Assembly (NCBI GenBank): GCA_052426225.1
Contig: JBNJNM010000011.1
Span: 4,030,001 to 4,094,000 of the forward strand
From: Zancudomyces culisetae HAW-14-8
Taxonomy: Eukaryota; Fungi; Kickxellomycota
Direction of reading: 5' to 3'
Length of the DNA: 64,000 nt
The translations under genes and the position numbers were made by a program. Of the stretch, positions 63,365 through 64,000 are shown in pieces (positions within the stretch are counted from its first letter, which is position 1; each line of letters opens with the position of its first letter). The notes beneath the pieces are model-generated. The model saw only the letters and a program-made list of their open reading frames with translations, searched no databases and was not told the DNA's origin.

Positions 63365-64000
63365 GTAATACGTTTGAATATGCAACAAATGAGTTTCAAT
63401 GGTATCTTCACCCTTCTTTTCATAAACTGGTTAAAACAACAACTAAAATAAAAATCAGACCAATTCTGATATTAGCAAGTCAAATAAACACTACAACATC
63501 CACTTAATTCTCAACTAATATTCATCCATCTATTTTTTGTCATCTCATCAAATTAGCCCAGACACTGACACCAACACCAACACTAACTAACTCTATAGCC
63601 ATTAATCATGTTCACTACCCTAAGCCTACTAATTACTCTAAGGCATCATGGTCAACAGTTTAGTGAAATGGTATCTATCAAGCTGAAATTGTGAGCATAG
63701 CCAAAATGCTAGCTACTAGTCTGAACCTTGTACTGATTAACGCTAGATAAATTCTGTTAAACCTAGAAAATCGAGCTAACTAAACAATTCGAAAAACTCA
63801 CTTTAGTTGCTAGTAACTCATAATTAGGTGCAACAAACTCAACCACGGTGGTATATTTGTTGGCCGGTTAACTGTTTACCTTTCTCAACCAACCACACCT
63901 TTGTTCTACTTATCATGTAGTTTGCTATAACTTATTTAAGTTTTAACTATAGCACCTTTGATAAAAGTATATCATATTCCTCTTTCAGTGTATCTTGGTG
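63365..64000 (+). repeat. Dispersed repeat, copy D (runs to the window edge)
   Basis: Reverse complement of copies A and C; shares its left end with copy B. Confidence 0.95.

Overview
AT-rich, gene-dense eukaryotic (fungal) DNA with about 24 protein-coding genes, many split by short GT-AG introns. There is no convincing rRNA, tRNA or CRISPR. The standout is an intact two-exon SECIS-binding protein 2 (SBP2) gene (10730-12335, minus), a dedicated part of the selenocysteine (UGA-recoding) machinery. In fungi that machinery is known only from a few early-diverging lineages; with the composition, this suggests a Harpellales-type insect-gut fungus (inference). Three other genes have animal-like architectures that I do not know from budding yeast: a DUF2439+SF1-helicase ZGRF1, a FYVE-less LST2/ZFYVE28 and an RNF34/RFFL-type FYVE-SAP-RING ligase. 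The rest are mostly housekeeping: ENPP, SNX4, CBP3, a small probable GON7, RRG9, a 7TM receptor, IST1, APT1, ARP3, ERG26-like, BUD23, carnitine acetyltransferase, SGF11, MPO1-like, VPS15, RIB3, UGP1, a TM-anchored USP and ATG7. An unclassified non-coding ~0.65 kb repeat occurs four times. Other signals: a 5'-purine to 3'-pyrimidine synonymous-codon gradient within genes, A-rich 3' splice sites, a GC-AG intron, cryptic targeting signals at both ends of the carnitine acetyltransferase, and a few candidate structured RNAs. All homology calls are motif recognition by eye; no searches were run.
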